The notes: generated from the letters alone by a model not told the origin. Positions 49,325 through 58,336 are shown, numbered from the stretch's first letter. The stretch: DNA of 64,000 nt from Candidatus Babeliales bacterium (GCA_035288105.1 DATEAY010000013.1:6668-70667), one strand, 5' to 3'. Numbers and translations are program-made.

Positions 49325-50119
49325 TTACGCCTTATCTTTAAAATAAGAAATTTCGTGAGTAATCGGACCTTCTGTTAATCCTCTAATGAATTGGTACACA
49401 TACGGATTGTCCGATTCCCATATCGTTTTTGCATCACCAAAGTATTGAATTTTGCCATCGTGTAGCAAAGCAACTTTGTCTGCATATTTGAATGTTTCAA
49501 CATCATGAGAAATGATGACAGATGTTATTTTGAGTTGTTTTTGCATGTCAAACATAAGTTCATGAATAACGCGAGAAGTGATAGGATCGAGTCCTGTTGT
49601 CGGCTCATCGTACAAAATAATTTCTGGATTTGTCACTAGTGTTCGTGCCAACCCAACTCGTTTCCTCATACCACCTGATAATTCTGAAGGATATTTATAC
49701 AAAGTGTTTTCTGAAAGTTGTACTAATGCAAGTTTTTCCTTAACAATGGGCATAACTTCATCATGATGTATTCCTCGTTCAATAAGCGTTATGCCAATAT
49801 TTTCATAAACATTTAATGAATCAAGCAGTGCAGCAAATTGAAATACATAACCAAATTTACTCAAACAGGCATCGAGTTCTTTGCCTTTTAGTGTGGTGAT
49901 ATCGGTTCCATCAATAACGATGCTACCGGAAGTTGGTTTAATAAGTCCAATAACTTGTTTGAGTAGAACTGATTTACCTTCACCAGATCGACCAATAACA
50001 ATGGTCATCAATCCCTCAGGAATGTCAAGATTGACCCCTCGAGTTACCCAATGGCCTTCAAATTCCTTGCATAGATCAACAATTTTAATTTTGGTTTTAT
50101 TGGAGCTTTTTTTGTCCAT
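49325..50119 (-). CDS. mlaF: ABC transporter ATP-binding protein, MlaF-like
   Basis: GRSGEGKS Walker A, LSGGMRKRVGLAR signature, ILYDEPTTGLD Walker B. Directly downstream of the MlaE-like permease gene. Confidence 0.8.
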   Translation of the reverse strand: MDKKSSNKTKIKIVDLCKEFEGHWVTRGVNLDIPEGLMTIVIGRSGEGKSVLLKQVIGLIKPTSGSIVIDGTDITTLKGKELDACLSKFGYVFQFAALLDSLNVYENIGITLIERGIHHDEVMPIVKEKLALVQLSENTLYKYPSELSGGMRKRVGLARTLVTNPEIILYDEPTTGLDPITSRVIHELMFDMQKQLKITSVIISHDVETFKYADKVALLHDGKIQYFGDAKTIWESDNPYVYQFIRGLTEGPITHEISYFKDKA

Positions 50120-50130
50120 TACAATTCTTT

Positions 50131-50910
50131 CTACAGGTGCTCAAGCATTTTTGTTAAGAAGTAGTTACTAACTAAAATTAAGATTGAACTTGCAACGACA
50201 CTTTGTGTTGTTGCGGTACCAACACCACGAGCACCACCATGTGTGTAAATTCCCTTGTATGTTCCTACCCATGAAAGAATTAACCCAAATATGGCTGCTT
50301 TTTTCAGACCGCCATGAATATCTGTTAATTCAACATAGTTGCGAATGCTACTTTCGTAATCTTCTGGGCTCAATTCTAAAACATATACACATACAATGTA
50401 GCCACCAATGATACCAAAAAACATAGAAAAGAGTGTGAGAAAAGGAAGTATGATAGTGCTTGCAACAATGCGTGGTACAACAAGGTACTGAAAAACATTA
50501 ATGCGCAACGTTGTCAAAGCGTCAACCTGTTCGGTGATGATCATGGTACCAATTTCAGCAGTAATAGCTGATCCTGCACGACCAGTTACCATGAGTGCTG
50601 TGAGTACTGGACCAAGTTCACGAATCAGACCAAGTGCAACAATTGCGCCGATAAATTGTTCTCCACCAACGCGTTGAAAGCCGATGTATGTTTGGAGAGC
50701 AAGAACCATCCCGGTGAACAATCCTGTTAGAACTACAATACTGAGTGATTCAACGCCGATACGGTTCATTTGAACGAATGTTTTAGAAACTTTGAGTTTT
50801 GTAGTAAAAAAGGTTTTTACAGCTTCTAAAAAAAAGAGAGTAAATTCACCTAAATAAGTGCATGTATTGATAACTGATGCACCCAAAAAGTTAACAAATT
50901 GAATGAACAC
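50131..50910 (-). CDS. mlaE: ABC transporter permease, MlaE-like
   Basis: IRELGPVLTALMVTGRAGSAITAEIGTM..TEQVDAL is the MlaE/Ttg2B family signature. Confidence 0.85.
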   Translation of the reverse strand: MFIQFVNFLGASVINTCTYLGEFTLFFLEAVKTFFTTKLKVSKTFVQMNRIGVESLSIVVLTGLFTGMVLALQTYIGFQRVGGEQFIGAIVALGLIRELGPVLTALMVTGRAGSAITAEIGTMIITEQVDALTTLRINVFQYLVVPRIVASTIILPFLTLFSMFFGIIGGYIVCVYVLELSPEDYESSIRNYVELTDIHGGLKKAAIFGLILSWVGTYKGIYTHGGARGVGTATTQSVVASSILILVSNYFLTKMLEHL

Positions 50911-50936
50911 TTATTACTACCTTTTTTTATGCATGT

Positions 50937-51266
50937 TTATTCAGTATCTTCGTCGGAAGAATCTACAGGAGCTGGTATTTGTGGTATTTGTTGTTGAATC
51001 ACATTTTTGCTGTTGATGTATCTAAATTTTTTATGTTCTGTTGACTTCATAAGAGAAAGAATCATTGCGCCAACCATAAAAATCGATCCGAGAACCCAGG
51101 TAATTTTTTGGAAAAGATCTTGTCCGCCGCCGCCGCCAAAAATCATTTGCGCTCCGCCGCCAAGTCCACCTAAACCAAGACCGCCTTTTCCTTTTTGCAT
51201 AAGGATAATGAGTACGAGCAAGAAGCAATTAATTAAATAAAGGGTGAGTAAAAATCCGTATAACAT
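50937..51266 (-). CDS. secG: preprotein translocase subunit SecG
   Basis: LLVLIILMQKGKGGLGLGGLGGGAQMIFGGGG, then a second TM segment; the neighbourhood includes tpiA. Confidence 0.8.
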   Translation of the reverse strand: MLYGFLLTLYLINCFLLVLIILMQKGKGGLGLGGLGGGAQMIFGGGGGQDLFQKITWVLGSIFMVGAMILSLMKSTEHKKFRYINSKNVIQQQIPQIPAPVDSSDEDTE

Positions 51267-51397
51267 GTATTTTCCTTCTTATTGTAGTATCTACTATTGT
51301 AAGTATAGCATGATTAATTTTTTTATAAAATTGGTGTTTTTATGATAGGTATTTCTTCTTATTTTTACTACACTGGATCGCATAGAAAGGGCTTGTC

Positions 51398-51928
51398 ATG
51401 AAAAAATTGGCTTTGTTGTTTATGTTAAACATATCGATTGTTAGTTGCTATGCAATGGAAGTAGAATATCAGGTTGCGGTCGGCAATAAAACATTTGGTA
51501 AGAATGATTTTAAAAATCTTTCAGGTGAGCAAAAAGATGACTTAATCGCTATGAGTAAACCACCATGTATTCTGGGATTATGTGGAGTTAATAATAAGGT
51601 GCTTACTCCTGAAAATGTTGAAAAACTAAGAAATATGCCCGTTCATATCAAAAAAGATATGGCTACTGCTCGATGTTCTACGTGCGACAGAGTATATAAT
51701 GATCAGCGAGTATCGTATTGTACTAATGGTACGATGTGCTGTGGAGCGATTGGCATTTGTGGGACTGGTTGGGTATGGACGTTTATTAAATGTAATATGT
51801 CCACTCGTGCGCTTGCAGCGTTATCTGGAGGATGCTTGGGAGTTTCCGCGATCCCATGTATGGTATGTGGAATTTATACTGGTGCAGAGCTTTGTTGTTG
51901 CAGAGACATACGTGAAGTCAAATTATAG
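51398..51928 (+). CDS. Cys-rich hypothetical protein with signal peptide and hydrophobic C-terminal half
   Basis: MKKLALLFMLNISIVSCYA leader. 17 Cys, many in the C-terminal CCGAIGICGTGW...CMVCGIYTGAELCCC region. No family recognised. Confidence 0.45.
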   Translation: MKKLALLFMLNISIVSCYAMEVEYQVAVGNKTFGKNDFKNLSGEQKDDLIAMSKPPCILGLCGVNNKVLTPENVEKLRNMPVHIKKDMATARCSTCDRVYNDQRVSYCTNGTMCCGAIGICGTGWVWTFIKCNMSTRALAALSGGCLGVSAIPCMVCGIYTGAELCCCRDIREVKL

Positions 51929-51933
51929 AAAAA

Positions 51934-52674
51934 TTATGTGGTAATAATTTTTTTGAATTTCTCACAATCTGTACTTGCGCTACCAACTAAAAAGCCATCA
52001 ACATCAGATATGTTTTTCAGTTGATGGATATTTTTTTCATCGACACTACCACCATAAAGCAACTGTTTTTTTATGTGTGGCAGGTATGAATCAACGTATT
52101 TCTGTAGCCATGCAAAAATTTCTTCTAAATATTTGTCTTCAGGAATAATTCCAGTACCAATTGCCCAAAACGGTTCATATGCGATGATTACACGGTCGTA
52201 TTTTTGGTATGCGATTGTTTTTAAGATAAGTTCAAGCTGTTGTGTTAATGCATCAAATGTTTTTTTGTGCAAAAAATCTTCTTTTGTTTCGCCAATGCAA
52301 ATGATTGGGGTTATATTATTTTTGTATAACAAATCTATTTTTTTTACGATTGTTTCAGTTGTTTCTCCGTAATATATGCGTCGCTCGCTGTGTCCGATAA
52401 AACAATAGGTAGCGCCAACTTCTGCTAATGATTGTGCAGAGACTTCGCCAGTATAAGATCCGTTTTCATATTCAGAACAATTTTGTGCACCAACAGCAAT
52501 TGCACTGCTTTTAAAAATTTCAGCGATTGGTGCAAGGGCAATAAAAGAAGGGCATAGTATTATGTGATTATTTGCAGCTAATTGTTCTAACTGTTCTTTA
52601 TTGTTTTTACAAAAACTGACGCTTTCATTAAAACTGAGATTCATTTTCCAGTTGGCGACGTATGTGTATTTCAT
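51934..52674 (-). CDS. tpiA: triosephosphate isomerase
   Basis: VANWKMN, IGHSERR, AYEPFWAIGTG, GGSV. Confidence 0.95.
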   Translation of the reverse strand: MKYTYVANWKMNLSFNESVSFCKNNKEQLEQLAANNHIILCPSFIALAPIAEIFKSSAIAVGAQNCSEYENGSYTGEVSAQSLAEVGATYCFIGHSERRIYYGETTETIVKKIDLLYKNNITPIICIGETKEDFLHKKTFDALTQQLELILKTIAYQKYDRVIIAYEPFWAIGTGIIPEDKYLEEIFAWLQKYVDSYLPHIKKQLLYGGSVDEKNIHQLKNISDVDGFLVGSASTDCEKFKKIITT

Positions 52675-52699
52675 AAAGACCTTTATTCGGCTATTCCGT

Positions 52700-52878
52700 C
52701 GCGCTCATCCTGAACTTGTTGAAGGATCGGCGCGAATTAATATTGTCTTGTTAAAGAATATTTATAGTAATTTATAGAATAAATCAGTATTTTTTTAACT
52801 TTTTGTTATGTGCGCTTAATTCTTCAACCCTCCTTCGCATAAAGCTTCGGAGGACACGGCAAGTTCAGAATGAGCGCG
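52700..52878. repeat. palindromic dispersed element, copy 5 (type A) with a 31-nt insertion splitting the right arm
   Basis: Left arm CGCGCTCATCCTGAACTTGTTGAAGGAT (52700-52727). Right arm is ATTCTTCAAC (52819-52828) + insertion CCTCCTTCGCATAAAGCTTCGGAGGACACGG (52829-52859) + CAAGTTCAGAATGAGCGCG (52860-52878). Confidence 0.8.
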
Positions 52879-52915
52879 ATAATTACTTCAGGAAAGTTAA
52901 AAAGATACAACCGTT

Positions 52916-53827
52916 CTACGTTGCTGGTACTTGGCACGATAAATATGGCAAAGTATTTTCCACAAAGTTTTGTACGTCTTCCTGATAATCTGAATGCGCA
53001 CAATGAGCAAATTGTAAATGTAATCGTCCGCTATCAGCAAGTGTTTTAAGGCCTAACTTATCTTCTTGATACCAGCAAGAATCAAAAATATTTTCTAATG
53101 TGTCAATGGATCCTATTGGATAAAAACCAAAATGGCTTGACACAGCAGGATCAACAACTTCTTCTTTGGTTGATTGCACAAGCACCATATGTGCAAGGCT
53201 GCAAATATTGTTTTTAAATAGTGCAGCATCAGGGTGTTCTATTTCATTGTTTATGTAGGGTAAAAATCTACATTGTTGTAGATAATCTTGATAGTGCAAA
53301 GGATCTTTCCAATAGCCTGCAAAGCTTATTGCTCGCTGTATCAGATAACAGTACATAAGTTTATAAGAATATTGTTGCATTTTTCGCAGCCATTCAAATC
53401 GTTGATCCATTGTGCCAGGCGATCCAAATATGCCATTTTCAGGGGTACCCCATGAAATATATACATACACTTTTGGATTGTTATATTTTTCAATAAAACA
53501 ACGAGCAACCAGACCACCTTGCGAATGTGCAATGATAATGCATCCGTCTTGTAACCGTTCATCCGACTCCATTTTTTCTTTGAGCCAATTAACTTGATCG
53601 TGCATATTAAAAAATGAAGTTATTTTTCCTTTTCCGAGGGTAATTTTTTTTACGTATACATCAGGAAGGTATTTTTTGATAAGTCTTTTGGTAGGAGCCA
53701 TAGCGTGTTTATCAGAGAGTATTCCATGTACAAGTACGATGGGTAGATTTTTGGCATGTATGCACGCAAAAGAGAATGTAGCTAAAATCATTAAAGAGAG
53801 ATAATAAAAAGAATATTTATGTGGCAT
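52916..53827 (-). CDS. secreted alpha/beta hydrolase (lipase / palmitoyl-protein-thioesterase-like)
   Basis: Signal peptide. PIVLVHGILSD and nucleophile elbow IIAHSQGGLVAR. About 300 aa. Confidence 0.55.
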   Translation of the reverse strand: MPHKYSFYYLSLMILATFSFACIHAKNLPIVLVHGILSDKHAMAPTKRLIKKYLPDVYVKKITLGKGKITSFFNMHDQVNWLKEKMESDERLQDGCIIIAHSQGGLVARCFIEKYNNPKVYVYISWGTPENGIFGSPGTMDQRFEWLRKMQQYSYKLMYCYLIQRAISFAGYWKDPLHYQDYLQQCRFLPYINNEIEHPDAALFKNNICSLAHMVLVQSTKEEVVDPAVSSHFGFYPIGSIDTLENIFDSCWYQEDKLGLKTLADSGRLHLQFAHCAHSDYQEDVQNFVENTLPYLSCQVPAT

Positions 53828-53895
53828 CGGTTTCCTTGGTAAGAAGAAAACAATTTTTCTGATGCTAACATAAATTTTTTTGTAAGAGCTAGTAT

Positions 53896-53929
53896 AAAAA
53901 AAGCGCTTCTGTTATGAAGCGCTTTTTTT
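53896..53929 (-). terminator. bidirectional rho-independent terminator
   Basis: AAAAAAAGCGCTTC-TGTTAT-GAAGCGCTTTTTTT immediately downstream of the 53941..54387 gene. Confidence 0.7.
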
Positions 53930-53940
53930 ATATTGATTAA

Positions 53941-54387
53941 TTATCTACGATATGCCTTCAAGATGGTTTCTTTTCTATCCATAAGATCACGTTTATTTTT
54001 TTGACGTTCTTCTTCGCGTTTATGATCGCCATGGCTTGCTAACATTCCTCCTCCAACTGCTCCAACTGTTAAGATGCCTCCCATTGCCACTGTATTAGTG
54101 TGTTTATCGTGTGCTCCGATGGCGAGCATAATTACACCAACAGCTCCTGCAAGATAGGCCAATTCTATTCTATGATAGGGATCGCGGCCTGCTTCATTTA
54201 TAGCGGCAATCTGAGTATCGAGATCATCGAGCATATTTTTGTCTTCCTTGCTTATTGTAGGCTGATGATTGTGGTGGCGATGATGATCACCTGCTTGATA
54301 ACCTCCAGTTGCAGGATAGCCGATTTCTGCAGAAATATAATTGACACTCACTAATAATGCAAACAAAGCAATATTTTTTTTGTACAT
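53941..54387 (-). CDS. hypothetical membrane protein with His-rich N-terminal segment
   Basis: Signal peptide, GDHHRHHNHQ, and two Gly/Ala-rich hydrophobic segments. Confidence 0.45.
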   Translation of the reverse strand: MYKKNIALFALLVSVNYISAEIGYPATGGYQAGDHHRHHNHQPTISKEDKNMLDDLDTQIAAINEAGRDPYHRIELAYLAGAVGVIMLAIGAHDKHTNTVAMGGILTVGAVGGGMLASHGDHKREEERQKNKRDLMDRKETILKAYRR

Positions 54388-54503
54388 ACAAACCCTTTAT
54401 ATTTTGATGTGTAAAAATGTTTTTGTAATCTGTACTAATATTATAGGAAAAAAGTATTTTTTCTATTGTGGTGAATAAAAAAGCAAAAAATTAGGATATT
54501 GAT

Positions 54504-54746
54504 GTGGAAAGCAGACTAGAAAAATATAAAAATATTATTGTTCCCATTATTTTGCGGTATGTACCGAATGCAAAAATTATATTGTATGGTTCTCGTGCCC
54601 GTGGTGATGCTAAAGAAGGTTCTGACATAGATGTTGCATTGGACACGGGAAGTAAAATAGATAATTTATTGATGAGCAAAATCGAGGGAGACTTAGAAGA
54701 TTCAGATTATCTGAGTCTGAAGGTGATGAATGTATGGATATTGTAG
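54504..54746 (+). pseudogene. MNT-type nucleotidyltransferase (HEPN-MNT module partner), C-terminally aberrant
   Basis: ILYGSRARGDAKEGSDIDVALD is the minimal nucleotidyltransferase GS...D.D motif. The reading frame departs from the family pattern after LEDSD and stops at 54746. Confidence 0.55.
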
Positions 54747-54874
54747 AGGCAAGAAATAAAATATCTCATACTTACCATGAAGCTATGGCAGATAAAATTG
54801 TGCATAAAATACCAGAATATTATGAATTAATGCAAAAAATAGCAGAACGTATGCAAAAAAGATGGGGTGAATAA
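54734..54874 (+). pseudogene. C-terminal fragment of a HEPN (HI0074-like nucleotidyltransferase substrate-binding) protein
   Basis: My own translation: MDIVEARNKISHTYHEAMADKIVHKIPEYYELMQKIAERMQKRWGE. It contains the R-N-x-x-x-H-x-Y HEPN motif but only about 46 of about 130 expected residues, in a different frame from the MNT stub. Confidence 0.5.
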
Positions 54875-54875
54875 A

Positions 54876-56150
54876 TTATTCCTGCCAGCTCTTTTTTCTT
54901 TTTAATCGATGATAACTAACCGCAAAATGGTGCGCATAATCGCGCAATGCGATCAGTAATCTGCCAACATTTGTTTGCAAATCAAGACGAATACCTTGTG
55001 GAAATTGTGGTCCGTATAACGTTTCTTCGCGCTTTGCTAAGCTTACCATTGGTGCATGTGGTAAAATGTGTTGCGCAGCACTTAGTTGTCCTTTGCCACC
55101 ATCAATAACAATAAGATCAGGAATGTCAGTTTTATTTTTGTAGCGCCGCTCTATAATTTCTTGTAGTGCGGCGTAATCATTTTGTTCTGTTAATGTTTTA
55201 ATTTTGAAATGTCGAAAAGCATGTTTTTCTGGTTTGCCATCTGTAAATCGTACGCATGAGCCAACTAAGTAGCTACTTTGAAAATGCGAAATATCAAAAC
55301 AATCAATGGTTCGCACTGGTGTTGGAAAACCTAAAAATTTCTGTAAATCCGTATTAATTGTTGCATCATTATCCGATGTATATGGTGTTTGTGTACTTAC
55401 GACAAAAATATCAGTCGCAAATTTATCCGCGCTGAAGTGTGTGTTGAGTGTTGCAAAAATGGTATCGACGTTGTGTAGATATTCGTTCAGACGCTTCGCT
55501 TTTTCAAATGCAAATTCAACACTATATTTTTTCATCTGATCTTTAATCTGTTGTATAAAACCATCCTGGTTATTTTTAAGTGCTTCTTTTGCGAGAGAAA
55601 TACGGAAAATATAATCAGTCAGATCAAAATCTGGCTTACAGCTACCTGCGCAGTTGCCAATGTGATAGTCTAAACATCCAAGCTCTATTTTTTTGTTGCA
55701 GAGATTTAATCGGAACGTTTGCATTAAAAAATGGTACGTTTTGCGCGCGGGAGTTTTTTCTAAAAAGGGGCCAAAATAGGTTCCTTTTTTCTTTTTGTTG
55801 CGGACCAGCTCAATAGTTGGAACCTCGTGCGGTGTAAAAAGAATGTATAAAAAAGGTTGGCCTTCTTTGAGTAGCACATTGAATTTTGGCTTATGTTTTT
55901 GTACCAATTCAGCTTCTAGAAGCAAGCTTTCTGTTTCAGTGGGTGTCAAAATGTAGTCTACGTCAGCATATTCGTTAATAAGTTGGTTGATCTTCCAATC
56001 GGTGCTGTATTTTTTGAAATAGGAATTAACCCGCAGATGCAAGTTTTTGGCTTTGCCAATATAGATAAATGCACCTTGAGCGTCTTTAAAAAAATAGACG
56101 CCGGTGAGCTTTGGGATTGATTTTTCAAGTTTTTTTGTGGTTATTTTCAT
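54876..56150 (-). CDS. uvrC: excinuclease ABC subunit C, short form lacking the C-terminal (HhH)2 domain
   Basis: GIY-YIG N-terminus (GVYFFKDAQGAFIYIGKAKNLHLRVNSYF), a UVR-like helix pair, and an endonuclease domain (IDCFDISHFQ..., LIVIDGGKGQL). The protein ends at 424 aa. Confidence 0.85.
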   Translation of the reverse strand: MKITTKKLEKSIPKLTGVYFFKDAQGAFIYIGKAKNLHLRVNSYFKKYSTDWKINQLINEYADVDYILTPTETESLLLEAELVQKHKPKFNVLLKEGQPFLYILFTPHEVPTIELVRNKKKKGTYFGPFLEKTPARKTYHFLMQTFRLNLCNKKIELGCLDYHIGNCAGSCKPDFDLTDYIFRISLAKEALKNNQDGFIQQIKDQMKKYSVEFAFEKAKRLNEYLHNVDTIFATLNTHFSADKFATDIFVVSTQTPYTSDNDATINTDLQKFLGFPTPVRTIDCFDISHFQSSYLVGSCVRFTDGKPEKHAFRHFKIKTLTEQNDYAALQEIIERRYKNKTDIPDLIVIDGGKGQLSAAQHILPHAPMVSLAKREETLYGPQFPQGIRLDLQTNVGRLLIALRDYAHHFAVSYHRLKRKKSWQE

Positions 56151-56285
56151 ATTTATAGTGTAGCACGGATAGGGTATAATTACTAATGGTAATTTGATGT
56201 GCTGTTTTTAGTTTTTACCTTCGGTTTAAAAATAACTATACTAACTAATATTTATTTTTACATTTTTTGAATCTTGAGGTATTAC

Positions 56286-57473
56286 ATGAATCTTTTTAGA
56301 CATGCTCCTAAAGTTATTGCGTTATTAATTGCATTGTGGGTTGGTTGGCAGGCATATGCTTATTTTTTAGATACAACAATTGCGTGCGTTGCGGTTAATG
56401 GCATTAATGAAAATTGTTACTATTCAGGTGATGTGCGCTGTTGTGTGCAAGCCGATAAAACCGGAGATATTTCATTGTGGCTTGATGGTCAAGGTTTGAC
56501 CAATAATGTAAGAATTAAAGCGCATCAGGAAGGTCAATCATTTGCTATACCGACTAAAACATTAAGCAATGGTAAGCATGTATTAAAAGCAGAATTTGCT
56601 GATAGTACTTTTAATCGTAATAAGGTTGCTTTGAGTTGTGATTTTTATGTTGACAATTTACCGTTGCAAGCAGTGTTTGTAAAAACTGGAGCGCCACACA
56701 AAGTGTTTCAGGGAAGAACATTACACGTTCAATTTCAGGTAAATAAAGAAATAAAACATGCATATATTAATACCCTGTCACGCGTATTTGAATGTTTCCC
56801 TGAGGCTAAAAATTCAAAAATATATGAATGTTTTATTCCTATCGAATGCGAAGAGCAACCAAGTGAATATCTTTTTTCCGTGGATATAGAAGATAAGGTA
56901 GGTAACGCATTGCATCTTGATAATAAGTTTCAGGTTGTTGTGTATCCATTTAAAAAAGAAGTAATTACGGTAACATCTGACAAAGTGCAAGAAGAAAAAG
57001 CGTTGGGGCGTGATGGTAAAGGCTTAGAAGATGAAATTGCACAATTATCAACACAGTCGCCACGCGAAAAATTATGGCGCGGAACATTTTGCGCACCGAT
57101 AGAAATTCAGCGTACTACCTGTGAGTATGGAACCATTCGTACAACACAGCATAAGGGACGTTATGCACACAAAGCCGTTGATGTGATCAATATGCCTCGT
57201 AGTGTTGTGTGGGCGCCGCAAGATGGCATTGTGGTGCTGAAAGATAGATTTGCACCAAGTGGTAACACGGTAATTATTGATCATGGTCTTGGTATTGTGT
57301 CACTCTTTTATCACTTAGAAGATTTTGCTGATATTGAAGTTGGACAAAAAATTATGCAAGGCAATCCGCTCGGTACTATTGGAAAAACAGGATTTGCGAC
57401 TGGGTATCATTTGCATTGGGAAATGCGAATCAATAATACTCCTGTTGATCCTATGCAGTGGATTAAAATGTAG
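56286..57473 (+). CDS. M23-family metallopeptidase with N-terminal TM and Ig-like/unknown middle region
   Basis: HKGRYAHKAVDV, GNTVIIDHGLGIVSLFYHL, TGYHLHWEM (HxxxD / HxH motifs). Confidence 0.85.
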   Translation: MNLFRHAPKVIALLIALWVGWQAYAYFLDTTIACVAVNGINENCYYSGDVRCCVQADKTGDISLWLDGQGLTNNVRIKAHQEGQSFAIPTKTLSNGKHVLKAEFADSTFNRNKVALSCDFYVDNLPLQAVFVKTGAPHKVFQGRTLHVQFQVNKEIKHAYINTLSRVFECFPEAKNSKIYECFIPIECEEQPSEYLFSVDIEDKVGNALHLDNKFQVVVYPFKKEVITVTSDKVQEEKALGRDGKGLEDEIAQLSTQSPREKLWRGTFCAPIEIQRTTCEYGTIRTTQHKGRYAHKAVDVINMPRSVVWAPQDGIVVLKDRFAPSGNTVIIDHGLGIVSLFYHLEDFADIEVGQKIMQGNPLGTIGKTGFATGYHLHWEMRINNTPVDPMQWIKM

Positions 57474-57497
57474 AATAGTTTTTTTTCATCCTTTAGC

Positions 57498-57615
57498 GTT
57501 CGTTTCCTTCGACAAGCTCAGGACGAACGGGTAGGAAGTTTAGAATAAGCAAGAAAGAAGATTCGCGAACTAATTTTTTCCGTTCGCCCCGAGCTTGTCG
57601 AAGGGTTACTCGAAC
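57498..57615. repeat. palindromic dispersed element, copy 6 (type B)
   Basis: GTTCGTTTCCTTCGACAAGCTCAGGACGAACGG (57498-57530) and CCGTTCGCCCCGAGCTTGTCGAAGGGTTACTCGAAC (57580-57615), with a 49-nt spacer. Confidence 0.85.
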
Positions 57616-57636
57616 GGAACAAAAAAAGGAGTTGTA

Positions 57637-58212
57637 ATGTATTTTATTCCACGCAATAACGCAGTGTACAATTATATTGCACATACAAGTTCTCAGCGTC
57701 GCTATATAGCGACGTTTTTTATTGTGGCGAGCTTAGCGGGTATTTGTTTTTATGGTATATATACGCCACTAAGTGCACATATTATTTTGTATAAGGCAGA
57801 AAGTGCGCGTTTGCAAAAGCAGTATGCAGAAATTGGCCAGGCGGATAAAAGCGGTCAAGAATTGTTATTGTTAGTCGAAACTGGCAAAAAGAACATTGCG
57901 GAACATGCAATGTCTGCTGATAAACGTGAGGAACAATGCCATAAATCTATGCAATTTATATTGGATACCATTACAAAATCAGGACTTACGCTTACTACAT
58001 ACGGATCGTGTAAAGATAAAGATAAGGCATGGTATACCAAAGATTCAGCACATTGTGCGATGACAGGATCTCTTGAAAAAATTATATCTTTTTTAAAAAC
58101 AATCAAAGAATCACAACAAATGATTACTCTTTCTCGGGTTGCTCTAACGCGTGTAAAAGATGATTTGTTTCAGATGAGTTGCGATGTTGGATTGATTACT
58201 ATAAAGAAATAA
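57637..58212 (+). CDS. hypothetical bitopic membrane protein
   Basis: AAGGAG lies 5 nt upstream of the ATG at 57637; the track start at 57595 lies inside repeat copy 6. One TM (YIATFFIVASLAGICFYGIY), then a coiled coil. Confidence 0.5.
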   Translation: MYFIPRNNAVYNYIAHTSSQRRYIATFFIVASLAGICFYGIYTPLSAHIILYKAESARLQKQYAEIGQADKSGQELLLLVETGKKNIAEHAMSADKREEQCHKSMQFILDTITKSGLTLTTYGSCKDKDKAWYTKDSAHCAMTGSLEKIISFLKTIKESQQMITLSRVALTRVKDDLFQMSCDVGLITIKK

Positions 58213-58216
58213 TCTT

Positions 58217-58253
58217 CGCGCTACGATCCTTCAACAAGTTCAGGATGAGCGCG
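58217..58253. repeat. palindromic dispersed element, copy 7a (left arm deleted to CGCGCT)
   Basis: CGCGCT-ACG-ATCCTTCAACAAGTTCAGGATGAGCGCG. Confidence 0.7.
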
Positions 58254-58336
58254 GGGATAATTCATTTAATTAGGAAAGTTACATCTCTTGTTTTTAGATA
58301 AGGTTGAATTTTTCGGAAAAGCTTAAAAAAATCCCC

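Noticed and set aside
57325-57684. Track ORFs 57325..57534 (+) and 57493..57684 (-), containing FDKLRTNG / VRPELVEGNER peptides
   Set aside because: They are translations of the palindromic repeat arms (copy 6) and lack RBS or conservation logic. They are typical spurious ORFs generated by the repeat.
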